Positions 47,365 to 57,261 of a stretch of 64,000 nucleotides of DNA are shown piece by piece; position 1 is the stretch's first letter, and each line of letters begins with the position of its first letter. The DNA comes from a virus. The notes under the pieces were generated by a model that saw only the letters and a program-made list of their open reading frames with translations, did not search any database and had not been told where the DNA came from. Where the stretch lies: the IMG/VR virus record IMGVR_UViG_2663762850_000003; one strand, 5' to 3'. Position numbers and translations under genes: made by a program.

Positions 47365-47820
47365 TTAACCTGCTGCTGGGGCCGGTACGATCGGGACGGG
47401 TTTTCCTTTGATGCGCAGCGTAAACGACGCCGTCACCACCCCGGCCGTGCCCAGGCTCCAGCTGTTCTGGCGTACTTCTGCCAGGAACGCATAACCATTA
47501 CCGGAGGGGAAAATCACCTGAAACGCATGCAGTGCATCGGTATCGTAGGCGGCGCGAAGCGTGTTCTGACCTTCTTCATCGGCTGACCAGTTACCGGAAA
47601 CCGTCATCTCCCCGGGCGCAGCCAGGCCGTTCGTCATCTCCTGCTCGGTGGAGCAAAGGGTGGTGGTGTCGATATCCGATTTTTGCCCGCCGGTATAGCT
47701 GAGTTCTTTGGTCGAACAGTTAATGGACTGCCAGGTCGCACCGGTGGGATTAGGCACCGTTGCCGGATCGGCGGAAACGTTAATTTTCGTTCCCTGCGTT
47801 TTTTCGTACTTTGAGGACAT
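47365..47820 (-). CDS. Major tail tube protein
   Basis: GGQKSDIDTTTLCSTEQE motif. Confidence 0.88.
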   Translation of the reverse strand: MSSKYEKTQGTKINVSADPATVPNPTGATWQSINCSTKELSYTGGQKSDIDTTTLCSTEQEMTNGLAAPGEMTVSGNWSADEEGQNTLRAAYDTDALHAFQVIFPSGNGYAFLAEVRQNSWSLGTAGVVTASFTLRIKGKPVPIVPAPAAG

Positions 47821-47866
47821 AGAGAGCTCCGAATATAAAAAAACCGCCCGGAGGCGGCTGAGTGGA

Positions 47867-48196
47867 TTATTGCCAGATCTGAACTTCCAGCGTGGCGCGG
47901 TACAGCGCAGTGTCAGGCTCGTATGCGTTAATCTCGTTCAGACCAACGGGATGCAGATCAGCAAGAGCTGATTTAACCTGCTCGCGCAGCGCGCGGGCGT
48001 CGTCAATCGAGCTGGCCCAGGCATCTACCTGAACCGCGCAGGCGGTTTCTGCCGGTCCGCATAAAACATCCTCGCTGGCAGATGCGGGCAGAAGGAAAAC
48101 TACCCACGGTGCTGCTGTGCCCTGCGGGGCGACAAACGGGAAAACATTGCCGCCTGCCAGTGCACCGAGTCGCGCGTAGATATCAGCCTCCGTCAT
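47867..48196 (-). CDS. Tail terminator protein (DUF3168-like)
   Basis: VQVD.WA.S...AR.LR.QV motif; synteny. Confidence 0.8.
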   Translation of the reverse strand: MTEADIYARLGALAGGNVFPFVAPQGTAAPWVVFLLPASASEDVLCGPAETACAVQVDAWASSIDDARALREQVKSALADLHPVGLNEINAYEPDTALYRATLEVQIWQ

Positions 48197-48642
48197 TTCG
48201 CCAGCACCTCATCGATCGCCTGATTCATCCGCCGAAGCGCCACCTGCGTGGCCTCTTCCTGACGGGTATCGAAGGCCGGACGCACAAAAGGGTGCGCCGG
48301 CATAGCTGATGTACCAAGCTCAACAAAGCGCCAGTAAAATGCGTTACGCGGATTGCTGGCCTTCATGGTGCTGTCACTGTTACCTGTGACCGGATTTACG
48401 CCGCGGATATGTACGCCTGATGAAATTTCGCCGCGGCGACGCGCTTTCTGCGTCACGACCACAACATTTTTCTTCAGCTTGCCGGTTTTAACTGGGGCCC
48501 TCTTTTCGACCTCATCCTTCAGAACTTCAGCACCCGCACGCGTCGCGTCACGTAATACCTTGTTATTTTCTGCCCGGCTGAGTGTTTCCAGATCCTTTGC
48601 AATGTCGACCAGTCCGGAAAAATCAAGATTCGTCGATATCAC
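48193..48642 (-). CDS. HK97 gp10-family tail completion protein
   Basis: APV.TG.LKK, YWRFVELGTS.MPAHPF.RPAFD motifs. Confidence 0.88.
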   Translation of the reverse strand: MISTNLDFSGLVDIAKDLETLSRAENNKVLRDATRAGAEVLKDEVEKRAPVKTGKLKKNVVVVTQKARRRGEISSGVHIRGVNPVTGNSDSTMKASNPRNAFYWRFVELGTSAMPAHPFVRPAFDTRQEEATQVALRRMNQAIDEVLAK

Positions 48643-48980
48643 TGCTTCACCCCCTTCTGACAGAGTAGTTCAAGTCTGGTGCCGTTTTCCGCAGAGATAA
48701 CCGAACTGATATCGTATATTTCACCGTTGCCGGTAGGCGGCAGGTGAACGGCGCGCCAGCCTGTCGTTACCGGAATACCCGGATACCGCCGCATCCAAAT
48801 TCGGGTAGTGGTGCTGCTCAGCTCCGCGCCACCATCCATCATCTCCCGTCCCGATACATCTGCGACTTCTGCGCGTACCGAAGCAACATCAATCCATCCT
48901 GTTGCCGGTTGCCCGGACGGTAGCCGCCCGGTAGCGGGTTTTTGCAGGCTTACCCTGTGCCGTAGTCTTCCTGCTTTCAT
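48639..48980 (-). CDS. Head closure (head-tail adaptor) protein
   Basis: MKAGRLRHRV.LQ start; A.V..VSGRE motif. Confidence 0.85.
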   Translation of the reverse strand: MKAGRLRHRVSLQKPATGRLPSGQPATGWIDVASVRAEVADVSGREMMDGGAELSSTTTRIWMRRYPGIPVTTGWRAVHLPPTGNGEIYDISSVISAENGTRLELLCQKGVKQ

Positions 48981-49303
48981 ACGCCATACACCCGGTAAGG
49001 TTGAAGAAGTGCTTCGGTGGAGAGGGCCAGTGCAGAGGTGACGTTACCCACGTTGACCGCTTCACGGTTCGCGTACCAGTGCCCGATAAGCATCAGCATC
49101 GCCATTTCAATATCATCGCTGTAAAGCAGGTGCTCAGGGTCGGAAAGGTAGCCCGGATTTTCAGGTGAATCATAAAGCCGGCGGCGGGTCCACTTTTCCA
49201 CATACCGCGAAGCCGCCTTTATGCTGTTTTCGATCCAGTTGTCGTCCTCCGTAAAATCCGGCTCGATATTGCAGTGATGCTTAACCTGCTCTCTGGTCAG
49301 CAT
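48977..49303 (-). CDS. Head-tail connector (gp6-like)
   Basis: VK.H..IE....EDD, A.L.LIGHWYANREAV motifs. Confidence 0.88.
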   Translation of the reverse strand: MLTREQVKHHCNIEPDFTEDDNWIENSIKAASRYVEKWTRRRLYDSPENPGYLSDPEHLLYSDDIEMAMLMLIGHWYANREAVNVGNVTSALALSTEALLQPYRVYGV

Positions 49304-49312
49304 GCGCGCCCC

Positions 49313-49513
49313 TTATTTCTGCTTCTTTTTTGCTGCTGTCTGCTCCGGCTGCTCCGGCTGCTCCGGCTGCTCCGCAGTATTTTTCTTCGACGGTGCGGCG
49401 GCGTAACCTTTTTTAAGCAATTCGCGACCGTGCTGCTCAAGCGTCTCGAACTCAGTGCCTTCAGTCAGTACATTGCCTTCAAAATAGATGGGCTTGATAG
49501 CGATCAGCTTCAT
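49313..49513 (-). CDS. Small head-associated protein
   Basis: 66 aa directly after the capsid gene. Confidence 0.65.
   Translation of the reverse strand: MKLIAIKPIYFEGNVLTEGTEFETLEQHGRELLKKGYAAAPSKKNTAEQPEQPEQPEQTAAKKKQK
49340..49374 (+). repeat. 9-bp tandem repeat (CTGCTCCGG) x ~4 encoding EQP repeats
   Basis: Directly visible in sequence. Confidence 0.9.
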
Positions 49514-49564
49514 GATGTTCTCCTTCAGGGAAAAGAAAAGCGGCCCGGGAGCCGCTGATAAGGG

Positions 49565-50785
49565 TTACGCACCGCCACCGGCGGCCGTCGCAGTAAACGC
49601 ACCGTAGATGAACGCCTCCGGGCGTTTCACCGCCAGCGCCAGGCGTTCTTCACAACGAATCGAGATCATGTTTTTCTCGAAGTCATCCGCGTTCTCGGTG
49701 GAAATCACCACGTTGGCATCTTCGCGGTCGAAGAGCTGCGCAGCCGCGTTGAACGCGCCGGTCAGAAACTTACCCTGGAACGCTGCCGTTTCGGTCGCCA
49801 CCACCGGCAGGCCCCAGAGGGTCGGCCCGCTCAGCGCAGCCGGGTTCGCCAGGACGTAGCGGCCCAGACTGTCTTTGGTGAGTTCAATCTTCGCCCAGTC
49901 GATGAAGTGCAGAACATGGCCGGACGCCGGGAAGCGCGCCAGCTGTGCCTGCAGCATCGCCAGGCGCAGCACGTCAATTCCGTTCTGTTTCTCGACTTCA
50001 AACGCAGCGCTGAAGGCGGACGCCTGCGGCACGATGCCTTTCAGATGCGCGCCGGTGCCGTCGCCAAACAGAATTTCCTGCTCTTCGACATACTTCAGGC
50101 CATATCGCATTTCCGCATCAATCGTGGACTGCAGCTGCGCGAAGTCGTCCAGGATCTGCTTGGACGCTTTGAACATGTGCGCAATGGTGGTTACCGGGGT
50201 GATCTGGGTGGCGAACTGAATATCGCTGTACGGTTTGGCGGTACCTTCCGGGACCACTTTTGCCGCATTGGTGAAGCCCGTCTGCTGCACCCAGAAGATA
50301 GCCGGTGCCGCCGTGCGGCCGGGGGCGATCAGGTCACGGATGAACAGACGCTGTCTCGGTGCGGTGTCGATACCCGGCAGGCGTTGCGGCTCTACCACAC
50401 CGGTTGGCACGTCAGTAGAGATCAGTGCAGCATTAACCGGCACGCTCACGCGCTTGCCACCTTCAACGCTGGCGGCGAACGCTTTAAGTGCTTCGCTGCT
50501 GATAACGGTCTGGCCGACGGTTTCTACCACTTTTGCTGCATTCGCCAGGGGCATCTGAGCGACCTGCTGCTCCAGCTCGCCGAGCGCGGCCTTAAGCGTC
50601 TTTTCCGCCTCTTTCAGGGCGTTAAACTCGGAGGCCATTTTGTCGACGGTTTCTTTAGTTTCTGCCGACAACTTGCCGGTTTTCTGGGCTTCTTTCAGCG
50701 CCTCTTCTGCTTTCGCGTTGAATTTGCCGGTGGCCTCTTCAATGCTGGCGCTGACTTTTTTCAGGATCTCGTTTACTTCAGACAT
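49565..50785 (-). CDS. Major capsid protein, HK97 fold
   Basis: 406 aa with N-terminal coiled scaffold domain; E.QEILFGDG.G..LKGI motif. Confidence 0.93.
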   Translation of the reverse strand: MSEVNEILKKVSASIEEATGKFNAKAEEALKEAQKTGKLSAETKETVDKMASEFNALKEAEKTLKAALGELEQQVAQMPLANAAKVVETVGQTVISSEALKAFAASVEGGKRVSVPVNAALISTDVPTGVVEPQRLPGIDTAPRQRLFIRDLIAPGRTAAPAIFWVQQTGFTNAAKVVPEGTAKPYSDIQFATQITPVTTIAHMFKASKQILDDFAQLQSTIDAEMRYGLKYVEEQEILFGDGTGAHLKGIVPQASAFSAAFEVEKQNGIDVLRLAMLQAQLARFPASGHVLHFIDWAKIELTKDSLGRYVLANPAALSGPTLWGLPVVATETAAFQGKFLTGAFNAAAQLFDREDANVVISTENADDFEKNMISIRCEERLALAVKRPEAFIYGAFTATAAGGGA

Positions 50786-50798
50786 AACATCTCCGTAT

Positions 50799-51653
50799 TT
50801 ACTGGGCAGCCGCTTTCAGCCCGCTAATGGCGGCTTCCAGACGGTCAATGGTTTCTTTTTCGATGGTGGCAGCGCTCGGCGTACCGTCAGGGGTGGCAGC
50901 AGCGCCCGGCGTGCTGCCCGATAAGGCTTTAAGCAGTTTTCGGCGTTCAGACCGTGGCGTGTTTGCTTTCGCCAGTAACGCATCAAGCTTGCGCAGCGCG
51001 GCGACTGGGCTTTCATCATCGTCGGCGATTTCATCAGCAGACAGCAGGCTGTCAGCAAAGCCCTTTTCCACGGCTTCGCTGCCGCCAATATAGGTTTCAC
51101 CGTCCATCATTTTATCGACGGTGGCGGCGTCGAGGCCGCTGCGCGCCTGGTAGATATCGCTCATGGCTTTATCAAACGGCGCCATGTCAGTGGCAATCTG
51201 CGCCAAGTCGTGACGGTTGCCCATCGCATAGACCCAGCAGTTGTGGATCATGAGGAACGCGCCGCGGCCTATCTGCACTTCATCGCCTGCCATTGCGATA
51301 ATCGACGCAGCAGAAGCTGCCAGTCCCAGCACTTTCACGGTGACTTTGCCGTCGTACTCACGAAGCAGGTTGTAAATCGCCAGCCCTTCGAACATGTCGC
51401 CGCCGGGGCTGTTGATGTTGACCGTAACGTCTTCGCCATTAAGCGAACGAAGCGCACCGGCGATACGGCTCGCGGTCACGCCCTCGCCCCAGTAATCTGC
51501 GCCGATCACGTCAAAAATCGAGATACTGTTATCACCGTCGCGCGCCGCACGGATGCTACCGTTCCAGCGTTCCATCGCCGCAGCAGGCAGGTCTGGTTTT
51601 TCGCGCGCAAAAGGTCGCCCCTCCGGCGCCGCCGGAAGGCTTTTAATGGTCAT
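50799..51653 (-). CDS. ClpP-like prohead maturation protease
   Basis: INSPGGDMFEG, GLAASAAS, MIHN motifs. Confidence 0.92.
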   Translation of the reverse strand: MTIKSLPAAPEGRPFAREKPDLPAAAMERWNGSIRAARDGDNSISIFDVIGADYWGEGVTASRIAGALRSLNGEDVTVNINSPGGDMFEGLAIYNLLREYDGKVTVKVLGLAASAASIIAMAGDEVQIGRGAFLMIHNCWVYAMGNRHDLAQIATDMAPFDKAMSDIYQARSGLDAATVDKMMDGETYIGGSEAVEKGFADSLLSADEIADDDESPVAALRKLDALLAKANTPRSERRKLLKALSGSTPGAAATPDGTPSAATIEKETIDRLEAAISGLKAAAQ

Positions 51654-51661
51654 GGATGCTC

Positions 51662-52966
51662 CTATGCCGCCTGCTTCAGCGGGGACTGTTCGAAGGGAAT
51701 ATCGGGGAAAACGTGACTGTGAAGCTGACGAAGCGCGGCAGCCTGCGCTGCCGGGCTGTTCTTTTTAAGGTCCTCAAGCGGCGTCAGGTTCAGCTGCACC
51801 GTGTAAATATCTCCACCTTCAATGGGAGGCAGATTTTCCAGCCGGCGCACATCATTGCGTGACATCCAGCCGTTCTGCAGCGCGCTGGTATAGTAGGCGG
51901 CGCGCCCTGCGCTGTCGGCACGCAGCAGCCCCTCAACAGAAAACTCGGCAAAAATGTCCTCTTCACCGTTCAGCAGGCAGCGGGAAATCTCCTGCTCAAT
52001 ATTGACCAGCAGTGGCCGCAGCGTATGGGTCAGAAACTGCAGGTTCATTCCCTCCAGGCTTGATGCCCAGCTGCTCTGCTTAGAGGTATGCCCGACCATA
52101 AACGGCGGCACGCGGAACCAGCGGCAGATTTCCTCAATGCCAAAAGAGCGCGTCTCCAGCATCTGAGCTGCTTCTGGATTCATCGTGACGTTCTGATATT
52201 TCAGACCGCCTTCAAGCACCATGATTTTCCCGGCATTCTTTGAACTGGTGAACTGTGCCATGTAGCTGCGCAGCCGTTCGCGTTGATCTTTATCCAGCGG
52301 CATTTCTGCTGAGAGAAAACCCGAGCTCTGCAGACCGTTCTCAAATATTTTGGCAGCCGACTCTTCGACCGCCATTGCGGCACCGATCACATCCCGCCCG
52401 GAACTCAGCGGCATCATGCCGCAGACCCCGTCGAGACCGAAGCCGCGAATGTGCATCAGGTTTCTTTCCGCAATGACACGCGCAGTACCGTTCTCGGTGT
52501 AGGTGTACTCAAGCCGGCCGGTATCGAGGCGTTTTACCACCATGTTCTGGGGAAGCAACGGCACCAGCGAGACCAGTTTGTTGCCGATAAACAGCTTCTC
52601 CACGAAGGCGTTTCCGCGAAGACAGATACTCGCCACCAGCATCAGCATAAACCGCGATGGTGTCATCTCCAGATTCGGCCTGCGACAAAGTACCTGGTAA
52701 ACCTGATTCTGTTGGGCCAGCCTGCGCGAGCCGTCAGGCTGCCGCTCGTAAATCTTCAGCGGTAGCGTTGATATTGACTCGCTCAGCAGCCGGACGCAGG
52801 CCCAGACCGCTGACAGCTGGATGGCCTTATCCGCGGTGACCACCTTCCCGCTGCTGCTCGTACCGTACCATTCCTGCCAGAACGTCCCGTTGGTCAGGCT
52901 GATGGGGACGCCCAGCCAGTTAAGCAGGGCGCTTTTCACCCTGCCCGGCTGCTTATTTTTCTTCAT
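51662..52966 (-). CDS. Portal protein, HK97 family
   Basis: AVWACVRLLSESIS.LPL, EICRWFRVPP.MVG motifs. Confidence 0.94.
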   Translation of the reverse strand: MKKNKQPGRVKSALLNWLGVPISLTNGTFWQEWYGTSSSGKVVTADKAIQLSAVWACVRLLSESISTLPLKIYERQPDGSRRLAQQNQVYQVLCRRPNLEMTPSRFMLMLVASICLRGNAFVEKLFIGNKLVSLVPLLPQNMVVKRLDTGRLEYTYTENGTARVIAERNLMHIRGFGLDGVCGMMPLSSGRDVIGAAMAVEESAAKIFENGLQSSGFLSAEMPLDKDQRERLRSYMAQFTSSKNAGKIMVLEGGLKYQNVTMNPEAAQMLETRSFGIEEICRWFRVPPFMVGHTSKQSSWASSLEGMNLQFLTHTLRPLLVNIEQEISRCLLNGEEDIFAEFSVEGLLRADSAGRAAYYTSALQNGWMSRNDVRRLENLPPIEGGDIYTVQLNLTPLEDLKKNSPAAQAAALRQLHSHVFPDIPFEQSPLKQAA

Positions 52967-54723
52967 CAGAAACCTACCATGATGGGATTATCAAAGAAGC
53001 CGCTCAGGTCCTGCTGGTCATTGCCACCGTTAACGAGCAGACGACTCATCGCGGTGAACAGCGCAGCCGGACCATCAATCTTGGCCTCAGGTGTCGATTT
53101 GTTGGGAAAGATGTTGTCGTTACGATCCGGCTTCACCGTGACGTTCGACATCATCCAGTTCATCACGGGGTGATTGCTGTGGTGGAACCGGCCGCCGTAA
53201 ACCAGCGCCTCAACCTCTTTCATGGCTTCGGAGAAATTGCGCACCGTCTGCGGCACTTCAACCAGGGGTAAGCCCTCTTCAGCAAGCGCAAGGCTGAACT
53301 GGGTGGCGCTCCATGGATCGAAGCCAATCTCTTTGAGGCTCTCGCCGGTCACCCACTCCTGCAGTTCTTCTTTAATCTGGGCATGGTCGATCACATCACC
53401 ATCAGTGAGGATGAGTTTGCCCAGCTCTGCCCACTTACGGTAAAGCTCAGCCATCTGCCGCGAGCATTTGTCCAGTCGTCCTTCGGGCAACCAGAACTTA
53501 AAGTCGGCGTGAACGTGACCATCAGGGGATCGCCAGGCTTTTACGGCGGCGCAAATGTCGATTTTGTTCGCCAGGTCGACGCCGACCCACAGCGGGTAGG
53601 TTTTCAGCTCATGCGCCGGCGCAATAAATTCGCATTTATCCCACTTCAGCATGTCCATCCAGGAAGACTCGGCGGTCACCCAGATATTCATATGCTTGGT
53701 GAAAAAGTTAACCCGGGCGGACACCTGCTCTTTTGCTTTCTTCGCCAGGCGGCGCAGATCATCCCAGCGCTTACAGATACCAAGTCCGGGGTTAGCCTTC
53801 TGCCATACCGTTTCGTCGAACGGGTCGTCGCCGTCGTCCAGGGTGTAGATGATGGCGAAGAAGGTGTCGTCTTTGACCGCCCCCTCCACTTCACTGTTGA
53901 AACCGCGCAGCACCTTGATGGCGTAATCGCGCAGCTCGTAGCAGATGCCTTCTTTGTTAAAACCCGCGGTGGTAATACCAAACAGCAGGGACTGCAGGCG
54001 TGCGCCGGTCGCCGTCTCCAGAACGTCCCATACGTCACGGGTTTTATGAGCGTGCAGCTCGTCAACAATGCCGCAGTGAATATTCAGGCCGTCCAGGTTA
54101 TTTGCGTCACTGGAAAGCGGCTCGAATTTAGAGGCACTTTGCTCCTGATAGATAGCCAGCTTGTTGAACTCGAACAGGCGCCCAAGCGTCGATTTCGCTT
54201 TTTTCACCATATTTTTGGCATCTTCGAAAACGATGCGCGCCTGGTCGCGGGTTGTGGCCGCAGAGTAGACCTCGGCCCCACCCTCGCCATCCGCGCCCGT
54301 CATGTACAGGCCAACCCCGGAAGAAAGCGTGGATTTGGCGTTTTTACGCGCCACCTCGTTGTAAGCGGTACGGAACCGCCGCACCATTACCGGGCGGCCG
54401 CTGCCATCATTCCGCAACACAACCTTGTGGGTCTCCTCATCCATCAGCGGAATAACGAAACCGTAAATATTGATAAGGATGAAAACATGCCAGTCCATCA
54501 GGGCGATCGGCTGCCCGGCCTGAGCGCCTTTCACATGCGGAATGAACTTATAAAAATTCAGGATGTGCTGGGCGCGGGGCTCGCTGAAAAAAATACCCCG
54601 CGCCTCGCCGTTTTGCAGATCGTCCAGAAAACGCTGGCAGGCCAGCCGGACGTATTCACAGGCAATAATCTCCCCCGCCACGACGCGCTCGGCATAGCGG
54701 ATACCATCGGCAACCTTAGCCAT
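52966..54723 (-). CDS. Terminase large subunit
   Basis: VARKNAKST Walker A, GIVDELHAH Walker B, W.KANP.LG, KIDG nuclease motifs. Confidence 0.95.
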   Translation of the reverse strand: MAKVADGIRYAERVVAGEIIACEYVRLACQRFLDDLQNGEARGIFFSEPRAQHILNFYKFIPHVKGAQAGQPIALMDWHVFILINIYGFVIPLMDEETHKVVLRNDGSGRPVMVRRFRTAYNEVARKNAKSTLSSGVGLYMTGADGEGGAEVYSAATTRDQARIVFEDAKNMVKKAKSTLGRLFEFNKLAIYQEQSASKFEPLSSDANNLDGLNIHCGIVDELHAHKTRDVWDVLETATGARLQSLLFGITTAGFNKEGICYELRDYAIKVLRGFNSEVEGAVKDDTFFAIIYTLDDGDDPFDETVWQKANPGLGICKRWDDLRRLAKKAKEQVSARVNFFTKHMNIWVTAESSWMDMLKWDKCEFIAPAHELKTYPLWVGVDLANKIDICAAVKAWRSPDGHVHADFKFWLPEGRLDKCSRQMAELYRKWAELGKLILTDGDVIDHAQIKEELQEWVTGESLKEIGFDPWSATQFSLALAEEGLPLVEVPQTVRNFSEAMKEVEALVYGGRFHHSNHPVMNWMMSNVTVKPDRNDNIFPNKSTPEAKIDGPAALFTAMSRLLVNGGNDQQDLSGFFDNPIMVGF

Positions 54724-55196
54724 TAATCCCTCGCTTTCATGAACTCAGCCAGCGGGTCAACCGCGTCCGGCGTACTGGCGCTGACCTTCGACCGGCTGGC
54801 TGGCGTCATCCCAAATTCTGCCAGCATGGCGCGCAGCCGCTTCCAGGCATCTGACTTCATCATTGCTGCCGGATGCGCCTTAATCAGTACATCTCCCGTC
54901 TGCGTTTCAGTGCGGTATGTATAGCCCTCGATTTCCAGCGTATCGCAGTGGTGGCGGTACTCGGTATAAGCCTCAACCAGCAATTCGAGCGCGCGGGCGT
55001 CCAGCTGAGAAATGACGCCAACGGCATCCAGTTCTTCGGCCATTCGCTTAAACCAGTACTTCGCCTGTTTGTCGAAATGCTTTGGAGTTGGGGGTACCCC
55101 TGCAGGGGGTTGTGGCTCGTCTTTATTGATCGGGCGTTTTGATGGGTTACCCCTCACCAAACGCAGATGGGTCGGGGTTTTCGGTGGTCCGGACAT
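54723..55196 (-). CDS. Terminase small subunit (P27-family)
   Basis: P..L.LVRGNPSKRP start; HPA...EFGMTPASRSKV motif. Confidence 0.92.
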   Translation of the reverse strand: MSGPPKTPTHLRLVRGNPSKRPINKDEPQPPAGVPPTPKHFDKQAKYWFKRMAEELDAVGVISQLDARALELLVEAYTEYRHHCDTLEIEGYTYRTETQTGDVLIKAHPAAMMKSDAWKRLRAMLAEFGMTPASRSKVSASTPDAVDPLAEFMKARD

Positions 55197-55273
55197 AATC
55201 GAAAACTCCTATTAATCATCGAGTGGGGGACCCCATAAAAAAGTTTTCTAACCTGCGGCGGTGTGAAAAAGGG

Positions 55274-55283
55274 TTAGGCGGCG
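55274..55283 (-). other. Possible 3' cohesive end (cos)
   Basis: CGCCGCCTAA upstream of terS in a G-run/T-run context; resembles the HK97-group cos as recalled, unverified. Confidence 0.35.
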
Positions 55284-55330
55284 GTCCTTAACAGGCAGGG
55301 CCCTGAACTTTTGCCCCGCCCTACCCCGAC

Positions 55331-55672
55331 TTACAGGGTTTCAGTAAGCGTATAGATGGTGACGATGACTGCGCCAGAACAACCTAATAAGGTAACTAAA
55401 CCAATGATGGATACATGTAAGCCAGCCCAGAACCCCTCCTTATCAACTTTAAATTTTCTACATTCTTCTATGACATTTTTAATCCAATATCCAAGAAGAG
55501 CCATTGCGCAAAGTCCATAAATAATAGCCATGGGAACCCCAACTCCGGGATAGCCTTTCTTATCGGCCATAATGACAATGAATGTCATGGCGGCAATTAA
55601 TGTGACGTAACTAGCCGTGTTGTTAACCAGCTGAGTCATAAAGGCTGCGGCTTCACCTCTTTGCAAAGACAT
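55331..55672 (-). CDS. Cargo: small 3-TM membrane protein
   Basis: 113 aa, three hydrophobic segments, AT-rich, between HNH gene and terS. Confidence 0.6.
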   Translation of the reverse strand: MSLQRGEAAAFMTQLVNNTASYVTLIAAMTFIVIMADKKGYPGVGVPMAIIYGLCAMALLGYWIKNVIEECRKFKVDKEGFWAGLHVSIIGLVTLLGCSGAVIVTIYTLTETL

Positions 55673-55735
55673 GCTTTTCTCCTGTTTTAGTAAATTAAGG
55701 AGAATCGTTGTTCATTTACTAAAAAAAGAAAACTA

Positions 55736-56089
55736 TCAATTTTTGGTATTTTCTCTGCCGGTTTTACGTTTATGGCAGGGCCAGCACAGCGCCTGAAGGT
55801 TGCTGTCGTTGTCTGTGCCGCCATGAGCTTTCGGGATGATATGGTCGACGGTTTCAGCCGGGCGCGGCCTGCCATTGCGCAGACATTCTTGGCAGATGTG
55901 CCTGTCACGGCTAAGGATACGAACACGAATGATATCCCACTTACTACCATAGCCACGCTGGTGCCTATTTAACCCGCGATGATATTGCAGCCATCCTTCG
56001 CTACTATGCGCTTCACAAAAACCTGAGCGATGAGTGGTTTTTCCTGGACAACCACGTTTACGACAAGCTCGATATATAGCAACAGGCAT
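55736..56089 (-). CDS. HNH endonuclease (packaging-associated)
   Basis: CQEC...VDHIIPK..GG....NLQALC..CH..KT motif, upstream of terS. Confidence 0.92.
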   Translation of the reverse strand: MPVAIYRACRKRGCPGKTTHRSGFCEAHSSEGWLQYHRGLNRHQRGYGSKWDIIRVRILSRDRHICQECLRNGRPRPAETVDHIIPKAHGGTDNDSNLQALCWPCHKRKTGRENTKN

Positions 56090-56228
56090 AACCCAACCTC
56101 AACATATTGAATTTTAAAGGATAATGTTTTTTGTATAAATAAAACACTATACTTACCTATACGAAATTTATAAAATCCTTGTCAACTAGCTCTATAGTTT
56201 AATCAGTCGCATACTTAAAGGATAAAAA

Positions 56229-56678
56229 GTGAACAAACAAATCAAAGATTTAATAGCAACAATTAAAAAGATAGATATTGTCAAAATTACTGATGAAGAA
56301 AGTCTCGACGATGATACTAAGGTAATGAGATTCGAAAATAAAGACGAACAATTTTTCATGATGATAAAAAACATATCTGAAGAATACATTGTAATCAACA
56401 CTTCGAATCCAGTTTCTTTAGAGGAAATGCATTTTAATAAGCCAATAAAAGATCTTGTAAATGATTTTAATACTTTTGCTGTAGGAACAAAAGCAATAAT
56501 TTCAGATGAAGAAAAAAGCCATTTTCTTTTTGTTCGTGAAGAGATAATAAGAGTTAAAGATGTACTTAACAAAGATCTTTTAAAAGCCAGAATTAGCTTG
56601 TCACTTGATCTGATAAAGTCTGCCATTAAAGTTTTCGAAACAATAAATGATGAGATTAAAGAAAATGGCAAATCCTAA
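56229..56678 (+). CDS. Cargo: acidic 149-aa protein, possible T3SS-chaperone/YbjN-like fold
   Basis: GTG 56229; very AT-rich; size, acidity and LVNDFN....GTKAII pattern with C-terminal amphipathic helix; fold is an inference. Confidence 0.68.
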   Translation: MNKQIKDLIATIKKIDIVKITDEESLDDDTKVMRFENKDEQFFMMIKNISEEYIVINTSNPVSLEEMHFNKPIKDLVNDFNTFAVGTKAIISDEEKSHFLFVREEIIRVKDVLNKDLLKARISLSLDLIKSAIKVFETINDEIKENGKS

Positions 56679-57261
56679 CAAAAAGAAAAAACAAAGTGAC
56701 TTAGGTATATTTATTATTGGATGGTTTGCGTCGACGTTGGCTGTAGGTGTCCCCACAGCTTGCCTTATTTTAATTAAAAAGTATTATCCTAATGCATCTA
56801 CAGACTATGGTGATAAGCTGTCTATTATTGCTTATCTTTTTGGTGCTTTTTTTAGCGGTCTCTTTACTACGTATAGAGTTGTATGTAAAGCCTCCGATAA
56901 GGACATAGAGATTGATGAAAAAAGTGAAGAAATAAAAAGGCTCGAAATAGCACTTGAGGATAATAAGAAAGCCTATCGATCACTATCACCCAAAAGCAAA
57001 ATAATCTCGCTGTTACTTGAAGTGCATCAAGCTTGCTCATCATTATCAAAGCAAGACGCAACAGCTCTTATAATGAAGAAAATCAATGAAATAAATAGCG
57101 ACAAAACCTTTGAGCCTCGTTTTGATGGTTTGCTAGAGCATGTAAATGATTCTGACTACAAAAGAGAAAGTAACCCAGCCAACCACAGTATGGCGCCTAA
57201 ACGTGCTCAATATAAAAGAATAGCTGGACATTATGTCTTTTATAAGAGCAAAAACCAATAA
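56665..57261 (+). CDS. Cargo: two-TM protein with coiled-coil cytoplasmic tail
   Basis: ATG 56665 overlaps the upstream gene; two hydrophobic helices then EKSEEIKRLEIALEDNKK coiled coil. Confidence 0.72.
   Translation: MANPNKKKKQSDLGIFIIGWFASTLAVGVPTACLILIKKYYPNASTDYGDKLSIIAYLFGAFFSGLFTTYRVVCKASDKDIEIDEKSEEIKRLEIALEDNKKAYRSLSPKSKIISLLLEVHQACSSLSKQDATALIMKKINEINSDKTFEPRFDGLLEHVNDSDYKRESNPANHSMAPKRAQYKRIAGHYVFYKSKNQ

Noticed and set aside
49907-54726. Long plus-strand ORFs (49907-50827, 53383-54726)
   Set aside because: Antisense shadows of capsid and terminase genes
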